A stretch of 64,000 bases of DNA from Octopus sinensis (GCF_006345805.1 NC_042998.1:620001-684000); one strand, 5' to 3'. Positions 13,149-27,503 are shown, numbered from the stretch's first letter. The notes: generated from the sequence alone by a model not told the origin. Made by a program: numbers and translations.

Positions 13149-13487
13149 TCAATCTAAAACTTTGAGTGTTTTAAGAATTTGAAAACTACACAATCAAGGT
13201 TTTTAGGTTTGCAATACTTTTGTGTGATTTCTAGCATCGGTGCAAATAATCAGATTGTATCATCTGCAAACGTAAAGAGTGTTTTCCCACTAAATATAGA
13301 AGAATACAAGAAAAAGTTATTATTATTTCAAATTTTGGCACAAGGCCAGCAGTGTCCAAGTGGTACTTATTTTATCGACACCGAACGGATGAAAGGCAAA
13401 GTCGACTTCGACAGGATTTGAACTCAGAACGTAACGACGGACGAAGTGCCGCTAACGGCACACTAACGATTCTGCTTGTTCGTTGCA

Positions 13488-13530
<43 letters not shown>

Positions 13531-13531
<1 letters not shown>

Positions 13532-13712
13532 CATAATTTTTTTTTTATTTCATCTAGTTTCAGCTCACGAGCTGTGGCCATGCTGGGGCACCGCCTAATA
13601 ATAATATAATAATAATAATAATAATATAATAATAATAATAATAATAATCATAATTTTTTTTTTATTTCATCTAGTTTCAGCTCACGAGCTGTGGCCATGC
13701 TGGGGCACCGCC

Positions 13713-13713
<1 letters not shown>
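13531..13713. repeat. Tandem duplication of a 66-bp SINE-tail fragment inside an (AAT)n tract
   Basis: tcataa(t)nattcatctagtttcagctcacgagctgtggccatgctggggcaccgcct occurs at 13531 and 13648. Confidence 0.9.
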
Positions 13714-13760
<47 letters not shown>

Positions 13761-16084
13761 GAAGAAGAAGAAGAAGAACCAGTGATGAATTTAAGATATT
13801 TTGCGACAAGCTCAACCCTGCTAACATCTCATATTTCCTCAACAATAATGGAATATACTGAATAGTCTTTCACATCATTTGCTGTTGCCATGACACCAAA
13901 AGTTTCGTTTTGGATTATAGCGGAGGTCCACTGTATATGTGCACCTATCTGACTTTCAGTTTTTATCATAACAGAAACATATACTCCAACCAAAGATGTA
14001 AAAGCTCGAAGAAAATACTATAGTTAATATCGGGAACTCTTACGTTACTGTGCATAGCGTCTTCGAAATATATTTTGCTGAGCAGTGAACAATAGTTTTC
14101 AAATAGTCTCGGTTCAGTGCTTAGTTGTTGCTTGGATATAGTGTTTAGTTGATCTAACACCGACGTTTTGTGCTTTGTGTTCGCTCGATAATCTTTTCTG
14201 TTTATCTATGTCTTGCACTTTTCATATAATTTGTGAGTCAGTTTATCCTTTTCCAGTTTTCAAAAGTAAAAGTGACACTAAGCACGAAAACTTTAAAAGG
14301 GTAACATGAAACTTGATATCTGATATTTTACAACATCACAGTAAACTAATGATAAAGCTTAAGCCATTCATTTTGGAATCTTTCAACAATACCACTTCTT
14401 ATCAAATTCCTTTGGCTTATAGTATGTCAAAATTTGCTGATTCGGACCACTTCTGTGATATTGCCCTGCCGAGGTTGCGGAGATAGTGAAAATTCATAAG
14501 TTATATTCTCGCCTGGCATTATAATTTTCGTTACTTGGACTTTTCTCAGAAATTTGAGGAGTCAAAGTCTGTTAAACAAAAAAGATTTCTCTTTTTCTCT
14601 TCCTTTTCCCCCTTTTTTTTTGCAGTATTTTGGGCGTCGCATTTAACAAGACCGTTCTTGGTAAAATTCGGGAGATTGCATAGTTATAAATATATAACTT
14701 TTGTCTTATATATACAGCCTTTCGTTTTAATTTGAAAGATTTGGCATTGAATGCATTTAAAAAATCACTCAACATCTGTTACACTTTTGGTGGGTACTGA
14801 TATGAAAATAAAGTGCTTTACTTATTGACAGATTCTCTTTGTTTGCCGCTTTCTGTACATTTAATGCAATGACAATAAAACCGTGTGTGCACTTTTTCCA
14901 TATCGACATTTAGTGAACTAAATTAAATGTGATGTCCGTTGAAAATAATACATTCATTGGGTGGAGCGACCAGTATAGCCTTCACTGATCGCCGTTAATG
15001 TAAACAGATTTCAGAGCGAGAGTGTTCGGTTTGCCATTCTCTAACAAACATTACCATATGAAAGAAATGTGAAAGGAATGGTAAGTTCCAGGTTTTATCA
15101 ATTTGGGTTTTTTCTGTAATGAACGAAAATAAAACCAGAATATAACAACGAAGTTAACTCGTAGAAGAGTGTTGGGTTAATTCCTTTATTCTTCAAAACT
15201 AAATAAATAAACCAAATTGTAGTGGAAAATTTAAGAATTTCGGTTAACCACTCGCCTGAATCATTTTTAAAAATGTAGCTTTTAAAAATGTTTTTGCTTT
15301 CTCTGTCCGATGATTTTCTTCTTGGTTTTTCCGAAGTTTTCCCATTGTTTTACCCCCAAAATTCGGAGCAGGGTTTCCCTCTCGTCTCACTGATTTGTGG
15401 ACCGAACATTTTTAAGTGATTGCATAGGTTATTCACCATTTTGAACTGTCGTCGATGCTTCTGTAACTTTGCTTTCTTCCTTGGTAGGGATGTTGGCCCG
15501 CCCGATGCAAACTCATTTTTACCCCAGTGAAGAGGTCATCCATACCTGGCGTATAAAGGCGACGAACTGGCAGAATCGTTAGCACGCCAGGCAAAATGCT
15601 TAGCAGTATTTCATCTGTCTTTGTGTTCTAAGTTCAAATTCTGCTTAGGTCAACTTTGCCTTTCATCCTTTCGGGGGTTGAAAAAATAAGTACCAATTAA
15701 ATACTGAGGTCAATGTAATTGATTTAGCCTCTCCTCCAAACTTACTGCCCTGGTGCCAGCATTTGAAACTATTTTAGTCTGGCGTCTATTCTTTGACCTG
15801 TCCAGCATGGAGCTTATGCTCCGATCACACAACTCTGAGGGTCATCACATCGGAACACGGACTAGACTTTGTGATGATGCTTCATTATAGACTTGTGATT
15901 TTTGTCCCTTCGTAATTTTCAAATACCAATTTGTTGATGCCGTTGTTTATTATAATTCAACCCTTTGCCTGTCCTGTGTATTAAAAAAACAAAAACACTC
16001 AGAGCTTATTTCTCTGATGTCCATGCATCATATGTGATACACATTGACAATTTTTTTTCAACCACCAGAACAGGTAAAGAGGTA

Positions 16085-16365
16085 AAAACCCTCGTCTGTC
16101 ATAAATGACCATGGAATTGCACTTAGAAGTTGTTTATGAAAGACCAGCAGTTGCTCATGCATTCCAGCCTCCCCTCTCCACGCCACCGATGTTATCAAAG
16201 GCAAAGGCACCAGTGACGCCGCAACTCATTTCTGCGACTGCATGAACTGAAGGAATGTGAAATAAAGTGCCTTGTTCAGGAACACAACACAAAGCTCGGT
16301 CCGCCACACGAACTCACTACCTCATGACTGTGATCCCGACGCTCTAACCACTGAGCCATGCACCA
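16085..16365 (-). mobile_element. tRNA-headed SINE with W-type tail
   Basis: The reverse complement matches the SINE at 53820-54150 (gcatggctcagtggttagagcgtcgg...aaatgagttgcggcgtcactggtgcc). Confidence 0.75.
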
Positions 16366-16939
16366 GAGCAACTTGGTACTTATGAAAAGAAAGCTTTATC
16401 TTACTCAGAACGTATGAGACAAGAGCTAATTAAAAGTCTGAAAATATGCATGCACAAACTTAGGAAAACGCTTCGGTCAGGCAAAGGGTCAGCATAAGAT
16501 TAGCTTTGACTCAGCACACCTATCATCAAAAGTATTTTAGAGCCGACAAAATAGGTTGTTAGTTTGTCTTCATATTGTGTCTAAGACTAGAATATTCTAT
16601 ATATCATACCCACTATCTTTTTTAAACGGGAGGGTTTTAAACAAGAGAGGTTCAACTGCTATTTCTAGCTGATTGATTGAATCACTCATTGTCTCCCGAT
16701 GTCATTTTTTTCCTGTACGCAATTGCAAAAGAATATGAAAAACATAAAAAATAACAAAACCAAATTTATTAAAATGAAAAAAAAAAATGATTTCTTTTGC
16801 TATTACTGTAAAGAGTTGATGATTTTTAAATTCACAAATGATGTAATAGAAGAAAGGGGGAAAAGAAGCCCAATTAATTTGAAAGGTTAATTAACAAAGC
16901 GTTTCAATTTCTGCCACTTCAAAAGTCTGTTATAAAAAA

Positions 16940-17019
16940 CGACGTAAGTCCACCCGACGTAAGTCCACCCGACGTAAGTCCACCCGACGTAAGTCCACCC
17001 GACGTAAGTCCACCCGACG
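16940..17019. repeat. Perfect 15-bp tandem repeat, 5.3 copies
   Basis: (cgacgtaagtccacc)x5 plus cgacg. Confidence 0.95.
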
Positions 17020-17879
17020 CTCTATTTTCCTAATTCCGATGGAATGCGGCACACATTTGCAGCTTGATGCTATGAAGATGATAAAAATTCATTTGCAGTA
17101 TGAAAATATTAAATAAGATTGTAATATTTCGGGCAATTTACTTCATTTATAGAAATAAAGCTATTTTTCAGTATTTATACTAAATTTTCACTAGGTACCT
17201 CATTCAACGATATACAACGATATATCTATACACATACACACACGCATACACACACAAATATATAAATGTAACGTAATGTTAATACATCATGCAAGGCTAA
17301 TTTACTGTGGCACTCTTACTGAGATCATATCTCATATGGGCGTGCTGTGTTTGAAATGACAAACTATATCGGAGGCAGAGGAAAATTATCATTGCAGCGG
17401 CCGCTGAGATTAATGCATGCATTTCTGCTTCCTTGCACTTTGTCAGCAGCGTGTCCTCACAACCAGTTGCATGACTAGAAGCAATATTATACACAGGTCG
17501 GTATTTTTTTTTTATCTAGTACTGCTTCTGTTGCATGTAGTGGAGACATACACACACATATATATAGGCGTTTGCATGGCTCTCGGTTAAATTTGCAACA
17601 ACGTGGTTTCAGGCTCAGTTCCCCTGCAAGGTACCTTTAGCAAGTGTCTTCTACAATAGTTGTGGGCCGACTCATACTTGGTAAATGAATTTAATAGAGG
17701 AAACTGTCTGGAAAATACACACTGCATAAAAGCAGTGTGGTTTATTTAGGTCTCAGCAACTTAACGGTTCAGCAAAACAGACTGAAAATTGACCAGGTTT
17801 AAGAATTAGTAGTGGGGTTGACTTGTTTGGTACATTACAAGACTATGATCCGGCATGGCTGTAGTTCAATGTAAAGGTG

Positions 17880-17880
<1 letters not shown>

Positions 17881-17924
<44 letters not shown>

Positions 17925-17999
17925 TATTTTAAATTGTGTATATATATATTATATATATATATATATATTAATATATATATATATATATAAATATATATA

Positions 18000-18078
<79 letters not shown>

Positions 18079-18115
18079 TATATTATATATATATATAATA
18101 TATATAAATATATAT

Positions 18116-18156
<41 letters not shown>

Positions 18157-18391
18157 TATTAGAGACAAAACCACTATTTTGCAAAACAAACAAGGAAAGA
18201 CTTAATCAATACATAAAATTTTAATAAATAGTCAATTTATTAAAATTTTATGTATTGATTAAGTCTTTCCTTGTTTGTTTTGCAAAATAGTGGTTTTGTC
18301 TCTAATAATATTTTATAATATTTTACTATAAAATTGGATTTAATCCTAAATCTGATTTTTTCCCTGTAAATTTGGATTTATTCCCTAATAT

Positions 18392-18467
<76 letters not shown>
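17881..18467. repeat. Long interrupted (TA)n tracts hosting palindromic element A
   Basis: Direct reading of the sequence. Confidence 0.95.
18151..18405 (+). mobile_element. Fold-back element A (family P1): perfect 79-bp arms, 5-nt loop, about 90-nt one-sided 3' extension
   Basis: 18151-18229 is the exact reverse complement of 18235-18313 (loop agtca). The extension ...ccctgtaaatttggatttattccctaatatt matches the ends at 51871-51965 and about 34005-34097. Confidence 0.85.
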
Positions 18468-18471
<4 letters not shown>

Positions 18472-19339
18472 GCAATTTTAAAATAGGATAAAATCTTTAT
18501 AAGAAATTGTCAAGTAGTTAGCGTGAAAAACCTCATAAGGGAAAAATTATTCCCTTTAAATATATTTATTTATATTAAGGGTATTACTATACCTCACGCT
18601 AGGAGGGACTCAAAAGTACCATATATATATTTATATAAAGAAACATTAGATGATATTGTCCAAGGCACATTGTCTCTGAATTAGAAGCGTGTTCGTGATG
18701 AGGACAACACATTTCATTATAGATTAGTGATTGCCCGAGGACAAACAGCAATCTATCAATATACTCCTCTGTGGTAAGAAGTTTTCTTCCCAGCCATATG
18801 GTTCCGGGTTCAGTCCCACAGCATGGCACCTTAGCCAAGTGTCTTTTACTATAGCCTCGGGCTGGCCTTGTGAGTGGATTTAGTAGACGGAAAGTGAAAG
18901 AAGCTCGTCGTATATATATATATATGTTCTTTTATTCCTTTATTTGTTTCAGCCATGTGGCTGCGGTTATGCTGGAGCACCACCGCTGTTTTACACAGTT
19001 ACTGATGATTATCTTTCGGCTGATTTCACATCAGCACTCCTGTATGTGCCTTTGTCCCAGCTGTTAACCCATTTGCTGCATGAAGGAGTTTGATTCCGCT
19101 GTCTTCGTCTGTACCTCACGCCGGGCCATATATCGAAACACGTGTCTGTGTTTGTCCCCCACTACCTCTTGACAACCAGTGTTGGTGTGTTTTCGTCCCC
19201 TTAACTTAATGGTTCGGCGAAGAGATCGATAAAATATGTACCAGTAAAAATATAAATGTACTGGGGTCAATTCGTTCAACTAAAATTCTTCAAGGCGGTA
19301 GCCGTACCCCAGCATGGCCACAGTCAAATGACAATATAA

Positions 19340-19502
<163 letters not shown>

Positions 19503-19766
19503 GGAACAACGTCTGTATGACGGAGCACTAGTGTTACAACTATCACGTGCTGTCAAGACACACACACACACTCCCCCCTCTCTGTGACACATACTCGTAA
19601 GGTACGAAACTGGGTACTAGTATTTTTGGTCGATAACCGAGGAATGATTAGGGTCCTTGTGTCTGTCCTACCTGTACGTTTTGTGGTATTTAATGCATTT
19701 TTCAATTATGGAATAACTGAACGTCACGCACCCCGACTGGCGTTCACAGTAAGTTTGATTGTGTGA

Positions 19767-19813
<47 letters not shown>

Positions 19814-20022
19814 TGTGTGTGTTTGTATGCATACAATACGATGGGCTTTTTTCTGTTTCCGTCTACCAAATTCACTCAGAAGGTTTTAATAAGTCTAAAT
19901 AAGGTAGTTCCGGGTTTAGTCCCATTGCGTGGCACCTTGGGCAAGTGTCTTCTACTATAGCCTCGGGTCGATCAAAGCCTTGTGTGTGGATTTGGTAGAC
20001 GGAAACTGAAAGTATCACACTG

Positions 20023-20104
<82 letters not shown>

Positions 20105-23029
20105 ATATATTTGTGTGTCTGTATTTGTCCCCCCCCCCCAACATCGCTTGACACCGATGCTGGTGTGTTTACATCCCCGTAATTTAGCGGTTTGGCAAAA
20201 GAGACCGATTGAATAAGTACTATGTTTACAAAGAATAAGTCCTGGTGCCGATTTGCTCGACTAAAGGCGGTGCTCCAGCATGGCCACAGTCAAATGACTG
20301 AAGCAAGTAAAAGAGTATTTAGAATTATCCACGAAGCCCTATATGAATTACATTATTCGTGATTGTCAGAGTTATTATTTCATGTAAGGACGGTGGCAAA
20401 TTGGCAGAATTGTTAACACGCCGGAAAAATACTTAGCACCAGTAATTCCGGCTCATTACCTTCTGAGTTCAAATACCTCCGAGGCCGACTTTGCCAATTA
20501 TGCTTTCAAGGTCGATAAGATAAGTATCAATCAAAAACTGAGCTCGACGTAAATTAACTTCGTCGTCCATACAAAAGCTGCTGGCCCTCTGTCAGAACGT
20601 GAAACCGTTATTTCATGTAAAGGAAGGCGGCAAATTGGCAGAAGTGTTAGCACGCCGGACAAAATGCTTAGCAACATTACTTCCGGCTCATTACGTTCCG
20701 TATTCAAATATCGCCGATGTCCGCTTTGCCTTTTACCCTTTAAGTACCAATTCAGTACTGGGGTTGATGTAACCGACATGCTACCTCCCCTCAAAATGGC
20801 TGGCCTTATGCCAAAATTGGTATTATTTCACGTGAAGAGTTACCCATCTATTCATTGTAAAATATAACCAACAACCTAATAGTGCCTGCGTCGGTTTTGT
20901 TTAATGAAATAGATCTTAATCAGTGACAGATTGTTGTTGTTTGTGCACAGATAAGCACTAATCTATAATAGAATGTGGTCTAGTCATCAAGCTTCTTATT
21001 TAGAGACAATGTATTATTTAGAAACAATGTTTTCTGAATACATTGTCTCTAAATATCATCCAATGTTTCTTTATATTTTTTAAGACTATAAGACGAGATG
21101 CACGGACAAATTTATGAAAATGCTTTGAACAGGCAAAGGATTAACACCAAATTAGCTTCGACTCAGCACATGTATCATTAAAAGTATTCTGGAGGTGATA
21201 AAATAGTTTGCTGGTTTGTTTTCAGACATTCAATATATCCTGCTCAATATCTTTTTTAAACACCAGGGTTTTACATAGAGGGAATTTAACTGTTCTCTCT
21301 AGCTGATTGAGTGAAAGAGAGTTCCCTGTTATGTTTAGAATATTGGCAGAACCCTTTTAAGGCAATCCTAACTGCTTCTCGTGACTCCCGGATAAGTTTC
21401 AGTTTCTAAGAGCCCTGTCCATGGCTTGCTTAATAGCACGAATTCCAACAATTTCAAATTTCATTTCGGCAAATTCCTTCGAAACAATCCGAATAGACCA
21501 GCTGTATCTAGTTAAGATTTCGCCTTAAATAACTCCCCGCTTGAATGGGTAATAGCAATCAATTGAAATTAATACGAGACCCACAACCACCCTAAAAGTA
21601 AATGACTAACCCTCCACCCAGGAACAAGCCAGCACAAAACGAGAAATATAAAGACTTGTGAGGAGACCGAAATGTTAGACATTTCTTCGCTACACGTCTG
21701 TTTGTGTTTGTGTGCGTGAGTGTTTATGTTTTACTGCATTCGACGCCGATCTAACCCATCACTAATCTTTTAGAATTGTCGCTATTATCCAAAAGTATAT
21801 CGTATGTATCGTATGTTTAATTGTCTATGTACGAAGCCAGATAAGAGACCCATGTCTTATTGCTGATGCTTCGTAGTATAGTGCATACCACTCTACCATG
21901 TTTCTTCGTGAAAAGGCTTTTAGGTGATCGTTCGACGTGCTAGAAAGAGCAGCAAAATCTCTCACGAATTATATTCTACAGTCTTCCAAAAGAATACACC
22001 GTATAATATAATTTTAAATTCCTCACGACCTAAAATAAAGCTAGTGATTTCGTCTGAAACGCTTTTTGATTTATTCCTAAAGAAATTTAGAAACAGAAAA
22101 TATCACAAATGTATGCAGGAGGCATTAACAAGGAAATAAATCAGGATAAGTTTTGGTATTGTTCTCACCTCATCAGCGATGCATGGTCTTCATAGAACGA
22201 ACTGAAGAGAAGAAGCAATTCCTAAGTACAAGGTTGTACATTGGTTAACGTAAGAATTTAGAAATACTTAGTAAATAAAATAATTCACGTAGGGAAAACA
22301 GAGCTCATGACCGGCTCTTTTTCCCATCATTATCTCCGAGACTTATTTTTCCACCAGGATCTTCAAATGTTTACAACGAGTCAGATGTGAGAAAGATACC
22401 CAAGGATCAAGCGATAGTGTTAAAACGAGCAACGGATTAAGTCTGCCACCCGAGAACTCAGAAAGGAAAAAAATTCCGAACAAATACCACAAGGCTTCTC
22501 TAACAATTCTGTCAATCCACACGCACCCTCGTACAAGCACTTTTTTTATTGACTTGACTTCGAAACAATCAACGGCATGGATGACGTAGTAGGGTGTATA
22601 CTCAGAGCACAGAGAGCTGGACTTAATACCACGAGTTATTTTGTCCCCCGTTCGCCGATTCTACCGGTTCAACGACTACACTAATAACGTCTTTAACGCA
22701 GAGAGTAATAAGAATAAATTATTCATTCTCTAAACAGTTTTATATTCTTACAACAACCAATAAACAATCTAGTTAGCTTTTTAATACTCTCTGCATTAAA
22801 TGTATTAATGCTATCTTAACTATTGATTTTCATGCGGATGGCGTCTCTGAATTATTTATTCTCGATACAATTAAATTAATCATATTAGTATAACTATCTA
22901 CTTCTTCCACAAGATTTATAATGCTAACACTCCCAATCACCCGATCGTTTTCGCATGGAACTGGCCCACCAAACAAAGCTTCAAATTCCTCAACCAATCC
23001 TTCTCAATCTTGGTAGCAACATTCATATC

Positions 23030-24760
23030 ATACATCCATGGCACCAACCATGACTCCCACCTCTTCAATTCTTGGCCCTCGCCTGTACACTTTTCTGCTT
23101 GACCCTTCTCCGTACATTTTTCTCATGGCTGTTAAATCTCTCTCTGTTGGCCATCCTCAACAACGATAAGCAATCCCTCAAGTTCTCCCTTGACCATCAC
23201 ACCACGTTCAAACCCATCATTTCTATTTTCCTTCACTTCCTCGCCGAACTCGTCTTCACCGTTTACCCAGTCTTTCTCTCTCTCTCATCACCAAGACTCT
23301 TCGTCACTCACCACCCCAACTACTTCATCAGCGTGTTTTACAAACCTACCGATTCTGGTTATACCTTGATTTAATTAGCCTCATCTAACTTGCACCAAGT
23401 CTGCTGTCCTTAATTACGATTCTTTCGCTGCGGCCTCCACCACAGTTATCCAATCGAGACCCCGATTTGGCTCAGCTATCCAACATGGTCCCTACTTCCT
23501 AGAATGTGGTTACTTTAAGCTAGCTGTCAATGTTGCCTGTCTGCATCAGTGACCCAATCACATTCTCTTCTCCGTCCCCATCCACTCCACCGTCATGCAG
23601 AACATTCTTATTCTTTAAACCGACCCCGCAGCCGTTAACACCTATATTTGAGCTTTCTCTCCTTTTCTTCAGACGTCACCAAAAGCCTGTGTGACTTTCT
23701 GGTTTACCAAATCGAAGTTCTTTGCCCTCTTCTGTTCCCGACTCTGCTTCATCACATGTCCATTCATTCAGATCATCACTAAATAAACCTAGTTTATTCA
23801 CGCCATCGATCACTTTCCCTGCATCTTCAAAAACCTCATCTATTACATAAAATACCAATTCCGTAGCTTATTGTATATTGAACAAAATTAGTCAGCAGCT
23901 GGTTGTTCATTTTAGATAACACTGTGAGATGTTCAACGCAACAACACCGGATCATTCAAGCCTATAATTTGTCTTTTAAAATCTGCAGGTAATACTCACT
24001 TGTATCTCACCGTTTGCATCCGTATGCAGTACTACAAAACACTCGGCTCTTACTTGCGTTGCAAGCAATAATTAATTTTCCCGGTTAAGCACATATACCC
24101 TAGCTGGTGTTAAGAATAGGGTTGCTTTCATTCAAAGACACTCCCCTTTCGAAAACATTCTTATATACCAATAAACGTCTTTGTGCACACTTCACTCTCT
24201 CTGAAGACCTCATACACAAACCCACAAATACTGTGCTACCACACTGTCTCACAGTTACAAATACATACACACGTTATTATTCGATCACTTCACACACACA
24301 GTCACACATGTTAGTCACGTATATTTTCTAGTACATTCGCTTTCTACTTCTTTCTATTCTTTTCATACCGCACACGCAATACTATCTCCTATTCACATCT
24401 CTGCCTTTCCATTCACATAACCGACTCACAAGCTTCTGTATTGCTCACACATAAAACAACCTATCCATATATGTGACTTCTACTCTCTCATACATTTTAC
24501 ATAACATATTTATACATCGTTACATCATTTTACATTTATTTCACTCATTTCTCTCTTAAGTTGCTCTTCTCGATGTAACCACCATTCTAAACACTTCCAT
24601 CCTGCATTCACTAAGCGACCTCTCTGACATTACTTTCTCACTTAACAGTCTCTTCATTCCCCTCTCTCTCTTCTATGTATTTTCCCCCCGTTTCTAGACA
24701 AAGGAAAATCGTGCGAAACGTTAAATTCACTTTTTGCCTTCTTATTGGCATTATAATCTG
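23030..24760 (+). mobile_element. Decayed Penelope-like retroelement (RT, GIY-YIG endonuclease, pLTR with decayed HHR)
   Basis: Degenerate motifs GTNHDSHLFNS, AVKSL, FLAELVFT, FYKPTDS, FRRHQ.SLCDFLV, TCPFI, IDHFPCIFKNLIYYI, LYI(G)E. HHR relic ttt-ctagacaaagg...gcgaaacgtt-aaa at about 24690-24725. Confidence 0.75.
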
Positions 24761-25396
24761 AACCGTATTTTTTCTTTGCCTTGCTTTTCTTGTGAATAAC
24801 TATTCCCGCATCAGCAGTTTTCATACTTCCGGAGTCAAGAAATGAAAAATGGTTTTAAAGAAACCGATGATGCTTAGGAAGACGGTGACCGAATATACTC
24901 AGTGTTGAAGACGTTGACCAAATATACTGAGTGTGTCAAGCTCTGCCCTCTTTCAGGCGAGTAATTCAAATATTGAAATATTAAAAGGAACACTTTCCTT
25001 TGCGCCAGTCATTGTCATTAAACAGCAACTACCTGTAACCTGTGCATTTAATTAGCCCTGATTTATCCTGATCAATTCAGCTTGATAAATTCTGTAAATT
25101 TATTAACCTTTAAACGGCGGGTTAGTGTTGCATGAATGTATGTGCCAAACGGGCAAAAATTTGTTTAAAATATTTTGTTTTTTATACTCATTTTCACTTT
25201 AAATAAGTACAAAACCTATAATAATTGTTAGTCACTCACACCATAAAATTTACATTCTCATTATCGAAAAGTACCAAAAAATATTCACTTTCTTTTGATG
25301 ATGGCCATATTTATGTAAAAGTTTTGAAACATCATTTGATAACGCCCGTCGTTTAAGGGTTAAATACTTTTCTATACTAAATGAATCGAGTAAGAG

Positions 25397-25442
<46 letters not shown>

Positions 25443-25559
25443 GCATATGTGTGCGTTTACTGAGACGCACACACACGTAACTACATACATATACACTTCT
25501 CCACATGTATTTGTAACTGTTGTATCTTGCTGAAAAGAAGGGCTCTTAGTAATGAGAAA

Positions 25560-26999
25560 GACGTAGAGTTCAAGGCAAGTCAAGGATGGTTTATGAGATT
25601 TAAAACCCGGAGAAGTTATCTCTTCCTTAAGAAGCTAGGTGAAAGCGCATCAGCTGACGAAATGCACCAGCGGAATTTCCTGCGACATTGAAGATCATCG
25701 AAGAAAAAGAGCAACAAAATAAAGAAGAAATCGAACCTGAGCCATGCCACTTCACCATTAAGAAAATGTAGCAAGCATTTGCACGCAACAAAAAAGGTCT
25801 TGCTATGTTTGAAGATATGGATCCAAATGCTCAACGCTTTTCCAAGATTATGGGAACTTGTCACGAAGCTTTTGCTCCTTATAATGTCGTGGCACTTCGT
25901 CGGTTACAATGACGAGGGTCCAGTTGATACGATCAACGGAACATCCTGCTAGTGCAATTAGCGTGCAAGTGGCTGAACACTCCATAGACACGTGTACCCT
26001 TAATGTAGTTCTCGGGGAGATTTAGCGTGACACAGAGTGTGACAAGGCTGGCCCTTTTGAAATACAAGTACAACAGAAACAAGAAGGAAGAGTGAGAGAA
26101 AGTTGTGGTGAAAGAATACAGGAGGGTTCGCAACCACTCCCTGCCGGAGCCTCGTGGAGCTTTAGACGTTTTCGCTCAATAAACACTCACAACGCCTGGT
26201 CTGGTAATCGAAACCGCGAGTCCACTGCCCTAACAACTGGGCCATTGCACCTCCACAAAGCAACACTCTGTCGGTTACGACGACGAGGACCCCAGCTGAT
26301 ACGATCAACAGAACAGCTTGCTAGTGCAATTAACGTGAAAGTGGCTGAGCACTCCGCAGACAGGTATATTCCTATCGTAGTTCTCAGGGAGATTCAGTGT
26401 GACACAGAGTGTGACAAGGCTGGCCCTTTGAAATACAGGTACTACTCATTTTTGTCAGCAGAGTGGACTGGAGCAACGTGAAATAAAGTGTCTTGCTCAA
26501 GGACACAGCGCGTCGCCGGGATTTGAACTCACGACCTTACAATCGTGAGATGAATGCCCTAACTACTAAGCCACGCGCCTTCACTCCATATAAGGTAATC
26601 CTTGACGAAAGGTAGACAGTTCAAAGCACTCTTAACCAGTTTTTTAAACGCATCGAATGTCAACGAGAATTACCAGAATCAGCTGATGATGCTGACATCG
26701 ACCACCTCAGTCATCTACATCTATTATGTAAATACCATCAAATTTTACGTGTTAGTAAATTTAAAATACTTTAGTTCGTTTTTATTGTATTACAAAATAA
26801 TAAATACATTTGTCTGTAAACTTAAAATAGAATTTCATTAATCATGTCTTATCGAAAATGCATTTATAAATAAAGTACAGTACTAGCTATTAGCAGTTTA
26901 CGCTAGGCTAGGTTAGGTCTAGCCTAACCTATAGACAAGTAATTCGACTAACGTCGTGTCTTCAGGAACCAATTAACGACTTAGGGTGAGGTATACCTG
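25560..26999 (+). mobile_element. Tigger/pogo transposon remnant interrupted by two SINEs
   Basis: EFKASQGWFMRFKTRRSYLFLKKLGESASADE; AMFEDMDPNAQRFSKIM; resumes after the SINEs with YKVILDE..VQSTLNQFFKR. Right TIR ...ggtgaggtatacctg ends at 26999. Confidence 0.8.
25888..26584 (-). mobile_element. Head-to-tail pair of SINEs (X-type 25888-26256, Y-type 26260-26584) bounded by an imperfect 13-bp duplication
   Basis: tRNA-like heads gtggaggtgcaatggcccag and gtgaaggcgcgtggcttagtagttaggg. Flanks ctccttataatgt (25875) and ctccatataaggt (26584). Confidence 0.75.
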
Positions 27000-27467
27000 C
27001 ATGTATCTATGTATATTGGATAATGTATTTTTTCCTTTCTAAAAGACTGTAGGCTGTGATTTGAGGGAATCACTATGAAAGTAGGGTGAATACTAACATA
27101 CGTCTTCACACGCACACATATATTTCCATACACACTAATATAATTTTATAAGAGATGCACACAAATACGTGCGTGTGTGTGACATATACGCTAATGATTC
27201 GCTCCCGTACGTACACTACACACATCGTCATCTGACTGTCAATACTGGATGCGCATTAAAGTCTGAGTAATAATAACCACGCACTGATTCCTAATCAATA
27301 TATCTTATGTACCTGTATACGTTAGAAGTTTGCTTCCCAACTACATGGTCCTGGGTTCAGTCTTTCTGCGTGGTATCTTGGGGGACTTCTACTATAGCCC
27401 TTGGCCGACAAAAGCCTTTTAAGCCTATATATATATATTTTTTCTCTCCTTGTTTTTTTCTGTGTCC

Positions 27468-27503
27468 CTTTCTGTAGAAGAGCGTAGGCTCGAAACGTAA
27501 AAG
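27468..27503 (+). ncRNA. Minimal type I hammerhead ribozyme motif (family P2, Penelope-like terminus at about 27438-27587)
   Basis: cttt-CTGTAGA-A-GAGC gtag GCTC-GAAAC-GTA/-aaag. Stem I cttt/aaag, stem II GAGC/GCTC, palindromic ACGT stem III. Core A6 is changed to U. Confidence 0.65.

Noticed and set aside
22145-22185. Minus-strand CTGATGA-GGT...ACC-AAAAC hammerhead-like motif
   Set aside because: G12 is mutated and no stem I or III pairing was found.
23708-23839. 132-bp minus-strand open segment bounded by AG/GT that looked like a symmetric host exon
   Set aside because: The plus strand encodes Penelope linker/GIY-YIG motifs (FRRHQ.SL.DFLV, TCPFI, DHF.C..KNLIY), so it is the antisense of a retroelement.
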